Source: Patescibacteria group bacterium (lineage in GTDB: Bacteria; Patescibacteriota; Patescibacteriia; Patescibacteriales; UBA12465). Taken from it: DNA of 64,000 nucleotides. Below the pieces are notes generated by a model. The model was not told the DNA's origin and did no database searches. It saw only the letters and a list, made by a program, of their open reading frames with translations. The stretch spans positions 4,892-68,891 of the forward strand of contig JBAYIC010000006.1 in NCBI GenBank assembly GCA_041665845.1, in the 5' to 3' direction. Positions 54,846-64,000 of the stretch are shown piece after piece (within the stretch, counting starts at the first letter, position 1; each line of letters opens with the position of its first letter). The position numbers were made by a program, and so were the translations under genes.

Positions 54846-57536
54846 TTAATTACAATTACCATCAGACAAAGAACTGGTAGCAACTCCGAAACAACAAGAT
54901 GGATTTTCAACCGTTGCTTCACAACCCGGTCCGATACTAGGTTTAAAACAATTTTGAAAAATATCTTTAACGCCCGAACCAACCTGAGTATTATAAGTAA
55001 TCGATTGTAAGAAAGGAGAGTGTTCAATAGTAGCAACAGTAATATCAGAAACCCCATCTAAAGGTTCGACTTCTTCGCTATAACTATCAACCCAAAAACC
55101 AAGCGGAGATGGTTCTGAACTTTTTAAATTTATAAATTTATGTTCGATAGTACTCGAACCGTTAGCGACGCTTTTACCGCCCGAGCGAATGGTATCAGAC
55201 ATCATTAATGTGCTAAAAACAATTTTCACTGGTACGGCTAAACTGATATCCGATTGGCTATTGGTTGGTAAAATAGCCGTAATCTTTGGCGGAGTTGATT
55301 CGATTTTATTATTTATAAAAAATGAAAAACGATAATTATCTTTTTTATCTTTATCGTTTGGATAATTATTATTAAAATAACTAATTGGACCATCAGCAAC
55401 CGAATCTCCATTTCCATCAAGAGAATTAAGGGCGGTATCAATTACGCCGTCTAAACTGAGAATATTAGCGCTTGGGTAATTACGGTTATTTTGATCTTGG
55501 CAGGTTTTGTAACCCAAGGCACCGGCCGAACAAGTTCTAAAAGGTGCTAAAGCGGTACAATCTTGATTATCATTACAAATTTTTAAATTAGCCGCTTTAA
55601 ATTCAACCGCTAAATTGCTATTAGGCGGTAAACAATACATTTTTTCACCACAACCATTTATTCCACATTCATTATCGGAAATAAATTCAACTGTTTTGTA
55701 AGCACCGCTAACCATAAAACGTCCATTGAGATAGTCGCCAACACAAGCTGAGTTTTCGCATTTATAAGAAAGGCAATCAGCTCCCATATTACAGCTTGCA
55801 CCACTTGTTCGGCTAGTTGAAGAGGCATTTATTATTCTAATATATCCTGCTAACTCAGTCGCCGTCCCGGATAAAGTTAAGGGATTAATCGCTTCGTTAA
55901 AGCCAATTTTAATAATTGAATTCATCGGGTTGTCTTTTTTGCCATTGATTGTATTAGCCGTTTCTCCATCAACTCCGCCTTCAAAAAGAAGTAAAATTAA
56001 ATCAGAAGTAGAGCTTAAGACTAAACTATTTCCCCGACTACCAGCTATTTTAGCGGTCAGAGCAATTCGATTCTGATTTAATTCAACATTAATATCAGGA
56101 TGCCCACTTAACTTAGCTCTAATGTTTGCTGCTTGAATATTATTATTACATTCTCCCTCACTAACTAAAATATTATTATTTTCATTAGTCTTAGCGAAGG
56201 TATAAATTTCATTTCCGACTGTAAGCGTATCAGCTAATACTTCGGGTTTAATATCTATTACCCAGGAATCGCCAACTTTATGACTAGTAGTTTTAAGACT
56301 TAAATAATTACTAAAAGTCACTTTATTATCATTATCAAAATCAGCTATTCCTAAAAGAGCGTTCGTATTCCCATTAAAGATTTGCGCTTTATTTTTATCG
56401 CTAGAGACAATTACTTTAAATTTATTAATTAGACCATGATAATTCATTACTACTTCAGCGGCCGGAGTAGAAGTATCGGGAGTTATTTTAACAACAGTAG
56501 CGGGAGAATAAGTTTTAGGACAAGAAGGAACGGCAATCATCGCGATCGCTTTTTTAGCAACAATACTAACGCCAGTTGTATCTTTATCATTATCTGGTCG
56601 AGGAAATAAAGAACCAGAAACAACCTGAGGCGGAGTTAAATCAAGTTTAGTACTAACTTCAAAGCCCCATTGTAAATCCGGAGAGCTACAAGTCGCAAAC
56701 ATTGCTAAACCATCTACTTTTTTTAAATCGCTAGTAATTTTAACTCCGTACTTTGTATTTGAATTCTGGGAACCAAGCAAACCCGGGAAACTTAAAACCA
56801 AAGTTTTTTTATCTGGAGAAACAGAAACGTAAGCTTCAGTAATATTAGAGTTCTTATTAGATTCTGGACAAGAACCAGCAAGACAAGCATCTCCTAAATC
56901 AGATTTAAATATTCTAATTGCTTGAGGATTTATCAAAGAGCAACTAGCGGTATTATTACAAGCACAGGCATTTTTACTAGCATTAATACAAGTAGAATCA
57001 AGACCAATTTCTTCTTTGAAAGTAACCATAACCGCCGAATTTCTAGCAACGTCTCTTTGATTATTGACTGGATAAACTGATTCAACAGAACATGACCCAA
57101 TTGCGCCAAAACCGGAATTAGTAATGTTATTATATCCAGGGACTTGAGGATTATTCACAATAGTACCAGAAATCGCTCCAAACAATCGAGAAATAACAAA
57201 AGTAGTGATTGCCCAAGCAGATAAAGTTATTACCAACCCAATAATGGCATTAGTAATAATTCTTTTAGCTTGGGTAATTTTATCTTCTTCTCCATTTGAG
57301 GTCATCCAAAGAAAGCCCGCATAAATGATCAAACCTAAAATTATTATTCCCAGTAGACTAAGAACAATTTGAATAATGCGACCAACAAGAATTCTTGGAT
57401 CTTCAGCTCCCAAAACTCCTCCCAAACCGTTATTAACGGCCGTTGTTCCAAAGTCTTGTGCAAACGCAAAACTAGCTGGTAGGATAGCTACCAACGCGAA
57501 AAAAATACCGGAGGTTAATTTATTTTTCTTCAACAT
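54846..57536 (-). CDS. giant surface protein (896 aa) with the same VirB2/TrbC-like N-terminal hairpin and Ig-like modules
   Basis: N-terminal ~125 aa closely parallel the 1817-aa neighbour (FAFAQDFGTTAVNNGLGGVLGA..LGLIIYAGFLWMTS.GEEDKI). Followed by SbsA/Big_5-like P..V....P..........V.V.F modules and Cys-rich segments. Confidence 0.85.
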   Translation of the reverse strand: MLKKNKLTSGIFFALVAILPASFAFAQDFGTTAVNNGLGGVLGAEDPRILVGRIIQIVLSLLGIIILGLIIYAGFLWMTSNGEEDKITQAKRIITNAIIGLVITLSAWAITTFVISRLFGAISGTIVNNPQVPGYNNITNSGFGAIGSCSVESVYPVNNQRDVARNSAVMVTFKEEIGLDSTCINASKNACACNNTASCSLINPQAIRIFKSDLGDACLAGSCPESNKNSNITEAYVSVSPDKKTLVLSFPGLLGSQNSNTKYGVKITSDLKKVDGLAMFATCSSPDLQWGFEVSTKLDLTPPQVVSGSLFPRPDNDKDTTGVSIVAKKAIAMIAVPSCPKTYSPATVVKITPDTSTPAAEVVMNYHGLINKFKVIVSSDKNKAQIFNGNTNALLGIADFDNDNKVTFSNYLSLKTTSHKVGDSWVIDIKPEVLADTLTVGNEIYTFAKTNENNNILVSEGECNNNIQAANIRAKLSGHPDINVELNQNRIALTAKIAGSRGNSLVLSSTSDLILLLFEGGVDGETANTINGKKDNPMNSIIKIGFNEAINPLTLSGTATELAGYIRIINASSTSRTSGASCNMGADCLSYKCENSACVGDYLNGRFMVSGAYKTVEFISDNECGINGCGEKMYCLPPNSNLAVEFKAANLKICNDNQDCTALAPFRTCSAGALGYKTCQDQNNRNYPSANILSLDGVIDTALNSLDGNGDSVADGPISYFNNNYPNDKDKKDNYRFSFFINNKIESTPPKITAILPTNSQSDISLAVPVKIVFSTLMMSDTIRSGGKSVANGSSTIEHKFINLKSSEPSPLGFWVDSYSEEVEPLDGVSDITVATIEHSPFLQSITYNTQVGSGVKDIFQNCFKPSIGPGCEATVENPSCCFGVATSSLSDGNCN

Positions 57537-57552
57537 TTTGAAGGTAAAAAAC

Positions 57553-57581
57553 TTTTAAATTGTACCCTTTACTGCTATAAT
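57553..57581 (+). promoter_or_regulatory. possible extended -10 promoter for rel
   Basis: TGC-TATAAT (57573-57581) with a weak -35, TTTAAA, 16 nt upstream. Confidence 0.4.
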
Positions 57582-57630
57582 TTATATTAACTTTATTATA
57601 ACATAAACTATATAAAATAAAAACATTTTC

Positions 57631-59100
57631 ATGACTATTGAAAGGATAATAAAAAAGTTTTCCGACAACAATCCGGGAGTTGATACGAGCATTCTGGAAA
57701 GGGCTTTTATTTTTGCCGATGCGGCTCATTCCGGACAACTCAGAAAAAACGGCGAACCCTATATTCAGCACCCGCTTCACACTGCCTACATCTTAGCTGA
57801 AATCAGGGCTGATTTACCAACCGTCGTTGCTGGCATCTTGCACGATGTTCCTGAGGATACCGAAAAAACTCTAGAAGAAGTCGAGTTAGAATTTGGTGCA
57901 GAAGTTGCTTCTTTGGTAGAAGGAGTAACCAAGCTAAGTAAAATAAAATATCGCGGCATAGAAAGATACAGGGAAAATTTAAAAAAAATGTTTTTAGCTA
58001 TTACTAATGATCTGCGTGTTGTTTTTATCAAATTTTGCGATCGTTTAAATAATCTGCGCACTCTAGAAAGTCTTCCTCCGGAAAAGAAAAGACGTATCGC
58101 CGAAGAAACTTTAGAAATATATGCTCCAATCGCCGGACTATTAGGAATCGGCCGCTTAAAATGGCAAATGGAAGATTTATGTTTTAAGTATTTATATCCG
58201 GATAAATTTCATGAGCTTGAATATGAATATGAAGTTGAAAAAAAAGTTGAAAGACAAAGGTTCTTTCAAAAAGTTAAAGGTATTCTTACTCCAAAATTAG
58301 AAGAGGCGGGGGTGAAATACGAAATTGAAGAACGTTTTAAGCATCTATATAGTATTTATAAAAAAATGCAGGAAAAAGATCGTAAATTTAATGAAATATA
58401 CGATGTTTTTGCACTTAGAATAATTGTTCCAACAATTGATGATTGTTATAAAGTTTTAGGAATAATCCATACTCTCTGGAAGCCAAAATCAAATCGTTTT
58501 AAAGATTATGTTGCTGTTCCGAAACCTAACGGCTATCGCTCATTGCATACAACAATTTTTGGCCCCGAAGGGAAAACAACCGAGTTCCAGATAAGAACCA
58601 GAGAAATGCACGAAGAATCAATTTATGGAATTGCCGCTCATTGGTATTATAAATCCAAACATAACAATAGCGGCTATCAACAACCAAAATGGGTTAATGA
58701 AATTATTGAAATTCAAAAAGAAATAACCAATACTTCGGAATTTGTAAAAGATATCAAGATGGATATTTTTCGCGATCGTATTTTTATTTTTTCACCAAAA
58801 GGAGATGTCTTTGAATTACCAGAAAAATCTACACCAATTGATTTTGCCTACGCCGTACATGGAAATGTTGGCAATAAAGCCGCGGGCGTAATTATTAATG
58901 ATAAATTAGGTAAGCTTGATCAAGAATTAAAAAATGGCGATTTAGTAGAAATAATTATTGAAAAGAACCGTCTCCAACCGAATAAGGACTGGCTAAAATT
59001 TGTCAAAACTAAAAGAGCTCGTGATCAGATAAAACAGCATGCGAAAAAATCAACGCTTGATAATATTAAACGTTTTATTCCCGGAATACATAAAAAATAA
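57631..59100 (+). CDS. rel: bifunctional (p)ppGpp synthetase/hydrolase, short RSH (HD + synthetase + TGS only)
   Basis: HD: HPLHTAYILAE, LHDVPEDT. Synthetase: RFKHLYSIYKKM, DVFALRIIV, PKPNGYRSLHTTI, EFQIRTREMH..AAHWYYK. TGS: IFSPKGDVFELP...GDLVEII. Ends ~45 aa later. Confidence 0.9.
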   Translation: MTIERIIKKFSDNNPGVDTSILERAFIFADAAHSGQLRKNGEPYIQHPLHTAYILAEIRADLPTVVAGILHDVPEDTEKTLEEVELEFGAEVASLVEGVTKLSKIKYRGIERYRENLKKMFLAITNDLRVVFIKFCDRLNNLRTLESLPPEKKRRIAEETLEIYAPIAGLLGIGRLKWQMEDLCFKYLYPDKFHELEYEYEVEKKVERQRFFQKVKGILTPKLEEAGVKYEIEERFKHLYSIYKKMQEKDRKFNEIYDVFALRIIVPTIDDCYKVLGIIHTLWKPKSNRFKDYVAVPKPNGYRSLHTTIFGPEGKTTEFQIRTREMHEESIYGIAAHWYYKSKHNNSGYQQPKWVNEIIEIQKEITNTSEFVKDIKMDIFRDRIFIFSPKGDVFELPEKSTPIDFAYAVHGNVGNKAAGVIINDKLGKLDQELKNGDLVEIIIEKNRLQPNKDWLKFVKTKRARDQIKQHAKKSTLDNIKRFIPGIHKK

Positions 59101-59111
59101 TATTCTAATTT

Positions 59112-59139
59112 AAAAACGCTCCCAAAAAGGAGCGTTTTT
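59112..59139. terminator. bidirectional intrinsic terminator between rel and rpsU
   Basis: AAAAACGCTCC-CAAAAA-GGAGCGTTTTT. Confidence 0.7.
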
Positions 59140-59170
59140 AAAATTTTTGATTTTGAAATTAACTCAGGTT

Positions 59171-59401
59171 CTACCGTCTGGTAGTTTCTGCTAATTTACC
59201 GGTTTTTCTTAAAAATTCATTTTTTTTGCTTAAAGCTAAGCCTGATAAAGCTCTCTTTTTATCGAGACGCTTCGTTTGTTTGGCTTCTAGATGTTTTTTT
59301 GATCTAGCTTTTTCCAAACGTTTGCTGTTCTTCAAGCCTTTTTTGAACTTTCTTAAAAAACTTTCGAAACTTTCTCCTGGTTTTCTTTTAAAGTCAGCCA
59401 T
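59171..59401 (-). CDS. rpsU: 30S ribosomal protein S21
   Basis: MADFKRKPGESFESFLRKFKKGLKNS...: small, very basic, with an ESF..(A/F)LR(R/K)FK(R/K) block. Start set at 59401. Confidence 0.65.
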   Translation of the reverse strand: MADFKRKPGESFESFLRKFKKGLKNSKRLEKARSKKHLEAKQTKRLDKKRALSGLALSKKNEFLRKTGKLAETTRR

Positions 59402-60773
59402 ATAATACACCTTCCTTTCTATTATTTAAATTAATTCTTTTTTCTTGTTTATCTCTTTTTTCTAACCGTTCTCTAACTTTTTTATAAACTAGGGTTTCTT
59501 GGGCGCCAGATTCCATATCGCGCATTAATATTGTTCCATCCATTATTTCTTTTTTTCCTAATATTAAGCAAGTTTTTGCTTTTATGAGAACCGCTTCTTC
59601 AAGTTGAAACTTTAAACTATCCGAGGCAAAGGACTGTCTAACATTAAATCCGGCTTTTCTTAATTCCTCAAAAAGTTGAAGCGCTTTTAATTTCGCCTGG
59701 TCACCTAGTTGAGCAATGAATACTATATCCTCTTCTGCTTTATTTGTCAAAACACTCTTATCTCTCACCCGAGCGATAGTTCTTTCAATCCCAATTGCTA
59801 AACCGGCCGCTGGAGTTTGTGGCCCACCCATATTTTCAACTAAATTATCGTAACGTCCGCCACCGCCAAGCGCCATTTTCCCAACCGTCTCATCATCATT
59901 AATTGGCCAAAATTCAAAAACAATATCATTATAATAATTTAATCCGCGCACTAAATATGGATTAAAGTTATAGCTAATATTTAACTCATCTAAAAATTCT
60001 AAAGTCTTAGTTAAATACTCGCGACTTTCTTCGGATAGATAATCAGCTAATTGCGGTGCCTCCTCCCTTAATTTTAAACAAGATTCCTCTTTACAATCTA
60101 ATAAACTTAAACAATTTTTCCCTAAATTATTCTTACAAGCATTACAAAGTTTAGAGCGTCTACCTCTTTCTTTATAAAAGTTAGCGAGCTTAGAACAATA
60201 CTCTTTACGACAATCAGCATCACCTAAACTATTAACTTGAACTTGAACCTTAACCTGCATTTCCTCAAAAAAATTATTAGCAACCGTAATCAATAACGCC
60301 TCGGCCATCGGCTTTCTTTCGCCGATTAATTCAAGATTAAATTGAGTTGATTCCCGGTAACGACCACTTTGCAATTTCTCACGACGAAATATCGGTCCAA
60401 AAGAAAATAAACGAGCTAATTTAGAGCCGCCAACAACACTATTTTCTAAATAAGCTCTGATTGCTCCTTGAGTTATTTCCGGGCGTAAAGTCATTTTTTC
60501 TCCTTTCTCAGAGTCAACAAAATAAAATTCTTTATCATTATTTTGACGACTTGATTTTTTATAGAGATCAAAACTTTCTAGAATTGGAGTTTTAACTGGA
60601 GCGAAACTATACATTTTTGCTAATCGACTAGCTTTTTCATAAGCAAAATCAAAACAAGTTTGATCTGCACCAATAAAGTCTTTCATTCCTAATAGGCGAT
60701 TAGGCGTTTTATCGCTTTTTCTCTCGGTTTTAGCAGCTGGAGTTTCGGCCGCTCCTTTTTTTCTTCTTGGCAT
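59394..60773 (-). CDS. hisS: histidine--tRNA ligase
   Basis: LRPEITQG, FRREKLQSGRYRESTQFNLELIG (motif 2), GGGGRYDNL (motif 3). Start set at 60773 (MPRRKKG), which avoids overlap with lepB. Confidence 0.9.
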   Translation of the reverse strand: MPRRKKGAAETPAAKTERKSDKTPNRLLGMKDFIGADQTCFDFAYEKASRLAKMYSFAPVKTPILESFDLYKKSSRQNNDKEFYFVDSEKGEKMTLRPEITQGAIRAYLENSVVGGSKLARLFSFGPIFRREKLQSGRYRESTQFNLELIGERKPMAEALLITVANNFFEEMQVKVQVQVNSLGDADCRKEYCSKLANFYKERGRRSKLCNACKNNLGKNCLSLLDCKEESCLKLREEAPQLADYLSEESREYLTKTLEFLDELNISYNFNPYLVRGLNYYNDIVFEFWPINDDETVGKMALGGGGRYDNLVENMGGPQTPAAGLAIGIERTIARVRDKSVLTNKAEEDIVFIAQLGDQAKLKALQLFEELRKAGFNVRQSFASDSLKFQLEEAVLIKAKTCLILGKKEIMDGTILMRDMESGAQETLVYKKVRERLEKRDKQEKRINLNNRKEGVLYG

Positions 60774-60789
60774 AGATGTAAATTTATTT

Positions 60790-61353
60790 TTAATACTTAG
60801 GCCAATAACCCTCATTAAAAACGGTTATCTTATTAAGCGGCCAACCTCTAAACATAACTTTTCCAGTAATAAATGTTTTATCAACCGGACCAAAACTACG
60901 CGAATCTTTTGAAGCATTTCTATTATCTCCCAAAACAAAGTATTCATTAGCCCCAACCTCTAATTTCGTCCCGCTGTTATCCGTCGTTTCTAAATCGACT
61001 GGGAGATATTCCTCTTTTAAAACTAATCCGTCTGGATTAAGCTGATTATAAACGATAATTTTACCATCTTTGATTTGGACTTCTTCTCCTGGTAAAGCAA
61101 TGATTCTTTTGATGAAATACTCCTGCGGATTCTTGGGGTAACGAAAAACAATTACTTGGCCGCGTTCTGGAGTTTTAAAGCGATAGCTAATCTCATCAAC
61201 GATTAAATATTCATGATCATAGAAATTAGGTTCCATTGAAGCCCCTTTGACATAAAAGGGTTGAATAAGATAATAACGAATTGGTAAAATTATAGCTAAA
61301 GAAATACAAACAACTTTAATTATCTCCCAAACAAATAAGAAAAACTTACGCAT
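60790..61353 (-). CDS. lepB: signal peptidase I
   Basis: GASMEPNF (catalytic Ser), IKRIIALPGE (Lys), GDNRNASKDSR. Confidence 0.9.
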   Translation of the reverse strand: MRKFFLFVWEIIKVVCISLAIILPIRYYLIQPFYVKGASMEPNFYDHEYLIVDEISYRFKTPERGQVIVFRYPKNPQEYFIKRIIALPGEEVQIKDGKIIVYNQLNPDGLVLKEEYLPVDLETTDNSGTKLEVGANEYFVLGDNRNASKDSRSFGPVDKTFITGKVMFRGWPLNKITVFNEGYWPKY

Positions 61354-61491
61354 AAAAAATATTTCGTTTTAGCCTGATTTTCCTAACAAACAAGCAAAAA
61401 CGAAATTAAATAAAAATCTAATAATCAGCTTAAATTCTACCAAAAAATTAAAAAAAAATCAAATCAGAACAAAACAGTGATAAAGGGGCTT

Positions 61492-62568
61492 TTAGCTGAT
61501 AAACATTGCATCGCCATAACTAAAAAAACGATACTTCCGCCGCACCGCTTCTTGATAAGCAAAGTCAACCTGCGATTTTCCAGCTAAAGCACTAATCAGC
61601 ATCAGTAAGGTAGACGCTGGTAAATGAAAATTGGTTATTAAAGCATCAACAATTTTAAAATTATAACCAGGATAAATAAAAATATCGGTCCAAAAAGCCT
61701 GATCTTGAATTTTATTTTGCTTCCTTAAACTTACCCAATTTAATGATTCTAAAGTGCGGCAACTTGTAGTCCCAACAGCGATAATGCGTCCGCCGAGTTT
61801 TTTAGTTTTTAAAATTTCTTTAATTGTCTCGGCGCTAATGGATGCAAACTCACTATGCATCTTATGATCGGTGATTTTTTCTTCTTTGACCGGGGCAAAA
61901 GTTCCTAAACCAACATGCAAAGTAACATACTTTATTACTACGCCATTGTCTCTAATTTTCTTCAATAACCCCTTAGTAAAATGCAGGCCCGCAGTGGGCG
62001 CAGCCGCGGAACCAACTTTATTTTTATCAGCAAAAACTGTTTGATAATTGTTTTTATCACTAGCTAATTGTTTGGAACGTTTGATATAAGGGGGCAAAGG
62101 AACTTCACCAATTTTATTAACTACCAGCCAAAATTTATCGCCGCTTGAATCAAAACTAACCAACCAAGTACCATCTTGATTATTATTTATTATTTTTGCG
62201 TTTAATTTATTTTTAGCTTTCGAAAATTCAATCTCCGACCCTTCTTTAACACGGCCGCCGACTAAACATTCCCAAATATTATCGGCTCTATTTTTACCTT
62301 TGCTTGGCTGATGTAAAAAAATTTCTACTTGTCCACCAGTAAGTTTTTTATGGCCGATTAACCGCGCCGGAAAAACTTTAGAATTATTAAGAATTAATAA
62401 ATCACCTTTTTTTAAATAATCAGGTAAATTATAAAAATGTTTATGCTGAGTTAAGCCAGATTTTTTATCCAACAACAAAAGCCGCGAATGGTCACGCGGC
62501 CGAATTGGTTTTTGAGCGATAAGTGAGTTTGGTAAATGATAAAAAAAATCGGAAGTTTTTAAGGTCAT
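61492..62568 (-). CDS. queA: tRNA preQ1(34) S-adenosylmethionine ribosyltransferase-isomerase
   Basis: FFYHLPNSLIAQ.P..PRDHSRLL, PLPPYIKR, APTAGLHFT, HVGLGTF, GTTSCRTLES, TNFHLP, FFSYGDAMFI. Start set at 62568. Confidence 0.92.
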   Translation of the reverse strand: MTLKTSDFFYHLPNSLIAQKPIRPRDHSRLLLLDKKSGLTQHKHFYNLPDYLKKGDLLILNNSKVFPARLIGHKKLTGGQVEIFLHQPSKGKNRADNIWECLVGGRVKEGSEIEFSKAKNKLNAKIINNNQDGTWLVSFDSSGDKFWLVVNKIGEVPLPPYIKRSKQLASDKNNYQTVFADKNKVGSAAAPTAGLHFTKGLLKKIRDNGVVIKYVTLHVGLGTFAPVKEEKITDHKMHSEFASISAETIKEILKTKKLGGRIIAVGTTSCRTLESLNWVSLRKQNKIQDQAFWTDIFIYPGYNFKIVDALITNFHLPASTLLMLISALAGKSQVDFAYQEAVRRKYRFFSYGDAMFIS

Positions 62569-62578
62569 AACATTACAA

Positions 62579-63166
62579 CTATTTTTTTGCATTATCCAGG
62601 GTCTTTCTACGTACTAATAACATCAAGGCAAAAGTTCCATTGGATAGAAAAAGATATAATGGATAAAGTACCGTCGTTAAACTATAAGATTGCGTCGCGA
62701 CTAAGGCAAGTAAAAATTTAAAAGAAGAAAAAAACCAAGAGATAAAGGTTTCTTCGTATGGTTTATGATAAGCTTTTCTAAAAGTTGGAACAAATGCCAA
62801 AGCGTCCGTAATTATAATAAAGACAATTGCTAATAACGGATTATTAGTTAATCTCCATAAAATTAAACCAAACAAGGCGCCGCTAAAAGCTACCCAATCG
62901 GATAAAGTTATTGTTTTTTCACCTTGTCGAAAAGCCAATATGGTAATAATAGTACTAATAGTAAATCCTAATCCGAGAATCCAAGCGCCCGAACCTGCGC
63001 CGCTAATTATTTGTGCAAAAAAACCAATACCGCCGGCAAGGCTCCAAATAAACCAAGAAAAAACATGTGGTTTAGTTTTTTTATTTAATATATCCCTAAA
63101 ATAAGGGATATAGCCAAGGAAACTAATAATTACAGCGGCTATCCCGAATATTACTTTATAGTCCAT
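62579..63166 (-). CDS. polytopic membrane protein (about 7 TM), unknown function
   Basis: 195 aa with seven hydrophobic segments by eye. Confidence 0.55.
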   Translation of the reverse strand: MDYKVIFGIAAVIISFLGYIPYFRDILNKKTKPHVFSWFIWSLAGGIGFFAQIISGAGSGAWILGLGFTISTIITILAFRQGEKTITLSDWVAFSGALFGLILWRLTNNPLLAIVFIIITDALAFVPTFRKAYHKPYEETFISWFFSSFKFLLALVATQSYSLTTVLYPLYLFLSNGTFALMLLVRRKTLDNAKK

Positions 63167-63171
63167 GAGAT

Positions 63172-64000
63172 TTATATTAATTTATCTGGGCTAAGCGGTT
63201 CCTCCATCCCCAAATGTTCATAACCGAGTACAGTAATAACGCGACCGCGTGGGGATCTATCTAAAAATCCCAGCTGCATAAGATATGGCTCATACATATT
63301 TTCTATCGTATCAGCTTCTTCGCCCGTGGCTGCTGCTAAAGTATTCAAGCCCACTGGACCGCCCTTAAATTTATGAACTATAGTTTCTAAAATGCGACGA
63401 TCTATTAAATCCAAACCAAGCCCATCAACTTCTAACATCTTCATCGCTTCTAAACAATTTTCAATCGAAACGCGACCATCACTTTTTACTTCACAATAAT
63501 CTCTAACTCGTTTGAGTAATCGATTAGCGATACGGGGAGTGCGACGGCTCCTTTTAGCGATTTCTATTTTAGCTGCTTCATCAATTTCTATATTTAAAAT
63601 ACGAGCGCTACGAGAAATAATTTTTTCGATATCAGCCGATTCATAAAAATTAAGATGATGGGTAATACCGAAACGATCGCGTAGTGGTGCTGATAATAAA
63701 CTAGCTAAAGTAGTTGCTCCGATAATTGTAAACTTTGGTAAATCTAAACGCAAAGTACGGGCGCTCGGCCCTTTACCCATTACAATATCAAGAGCGTAGT
63801 CTTCCATCGCCGGATATAAAATTTCCTCAACTGTTTTATTTAAACGGTGAATCTCATCAATAAATAAAATATCACCCGCTTCGAGATTAGTAAGAATCGC
63901 GGCTAAGTCGCCGCTCTTTTCAATCACCGGGCCGGAAGTTACTCGAATGTTCGCGCCTGTTTCATTAGCAATTACATGAGCTAAAGTTGTCTTCCCTAAT
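63172..64000 (-). CDS. ruvB: Holliday junction branch migration DNA helicase RuvB, partial (5' end beyond right window edge)
   Basis: ..[13 protein letters not shown]..., [10 protein letters not shown] (Walker B), IIGATT (sensor 1), [10 protein letters not shown]. The frame stays open to position 64000. Confidence 0.93.
   Translation of the reverse strand, partial: LGKTTLAHVIANETGANIRVTSGPVIEKSGDLAAILTNLEAGDILFIDEIHRLNKTVEEILYPAMEDYALDIVMGKGPSARTLRLDLPKFTIIGATTLASLLSAPLRDRFGITHHLNFYESADIEKIISRSARILNIEIDEAAKIEIAKRSRRTPRIANRLLKRVRDYCEVKSDGRVSIENCLEAMKMLEVDGLGLDLIDRRILETIVHKFKGGPVGLNTLAAATGEEADTIENMYEPYLMQLGFLDRSPRGRVITVLGYEHLGMEEPLSPDKLI

Noticed and set aside
1-64000. Alternative genetic code (UGA recoding as in some CPR lineages)
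   Set aside because: Conserved genes (ftsZ, copA, nrdD, secD, hisS) are full-length and uninterrupted under the standard code. The giant ORFs are also open without recoding.

Overview
AT-rich, gene-dense window with almost every gene on the minus strand. Only tRNA-Gly, tRNA-Thr, clpP and rel are on the plus strand. The gene content suggests a Candidate Phyla Radiation (Patescibacteria)-type bacterium using the standard genetic code; this is an inference. Core genes present: ftsEX, an FtsB/DivIC-like gene, ftsZ, ftsA, secDF, nrdR-nrdD-nrdG, copA, clpP, rel, rpsU, hisS, lepB, queA, ruvB, purF and a prepilin peptidase. Three regions stand out. (1) A co-directional block of about 15 kb (42.6-57.5 kb) encodes three giant cysteine-rich secreted proteins. 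Two of them start with the same VirB2/TrbC-like pilin hairpin. The third carries an embedded type IV pilin-like motif and eukaryote-like CxxC repeats. Small Ca-binding-motif membrane proteins sit alongside. (2) An accessory stretch (about 4-17.5 kb) abuts tRNA-Gln and is punctuated by repeated copies of the tRNA 3' end, a recurrent hairpin module and a GC-rich insert. It carries a Fic/Doc-RhuM fusion, an HExxH protein and several orphan ORFs. (3) The anaerobic ribonucleotide reductase gene is split: its glycyl-radical segment is a separate 46-codon ORF that is missing from the supplied ORF track. Regulatory sites read from the sequence include tandem NrdR boxes 32 bp apart and a CsoR-like dyad just downstream of a sigma70-type promoter of the copper operon. 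All functional calls rest on motifs read by eye; no database search was possible.
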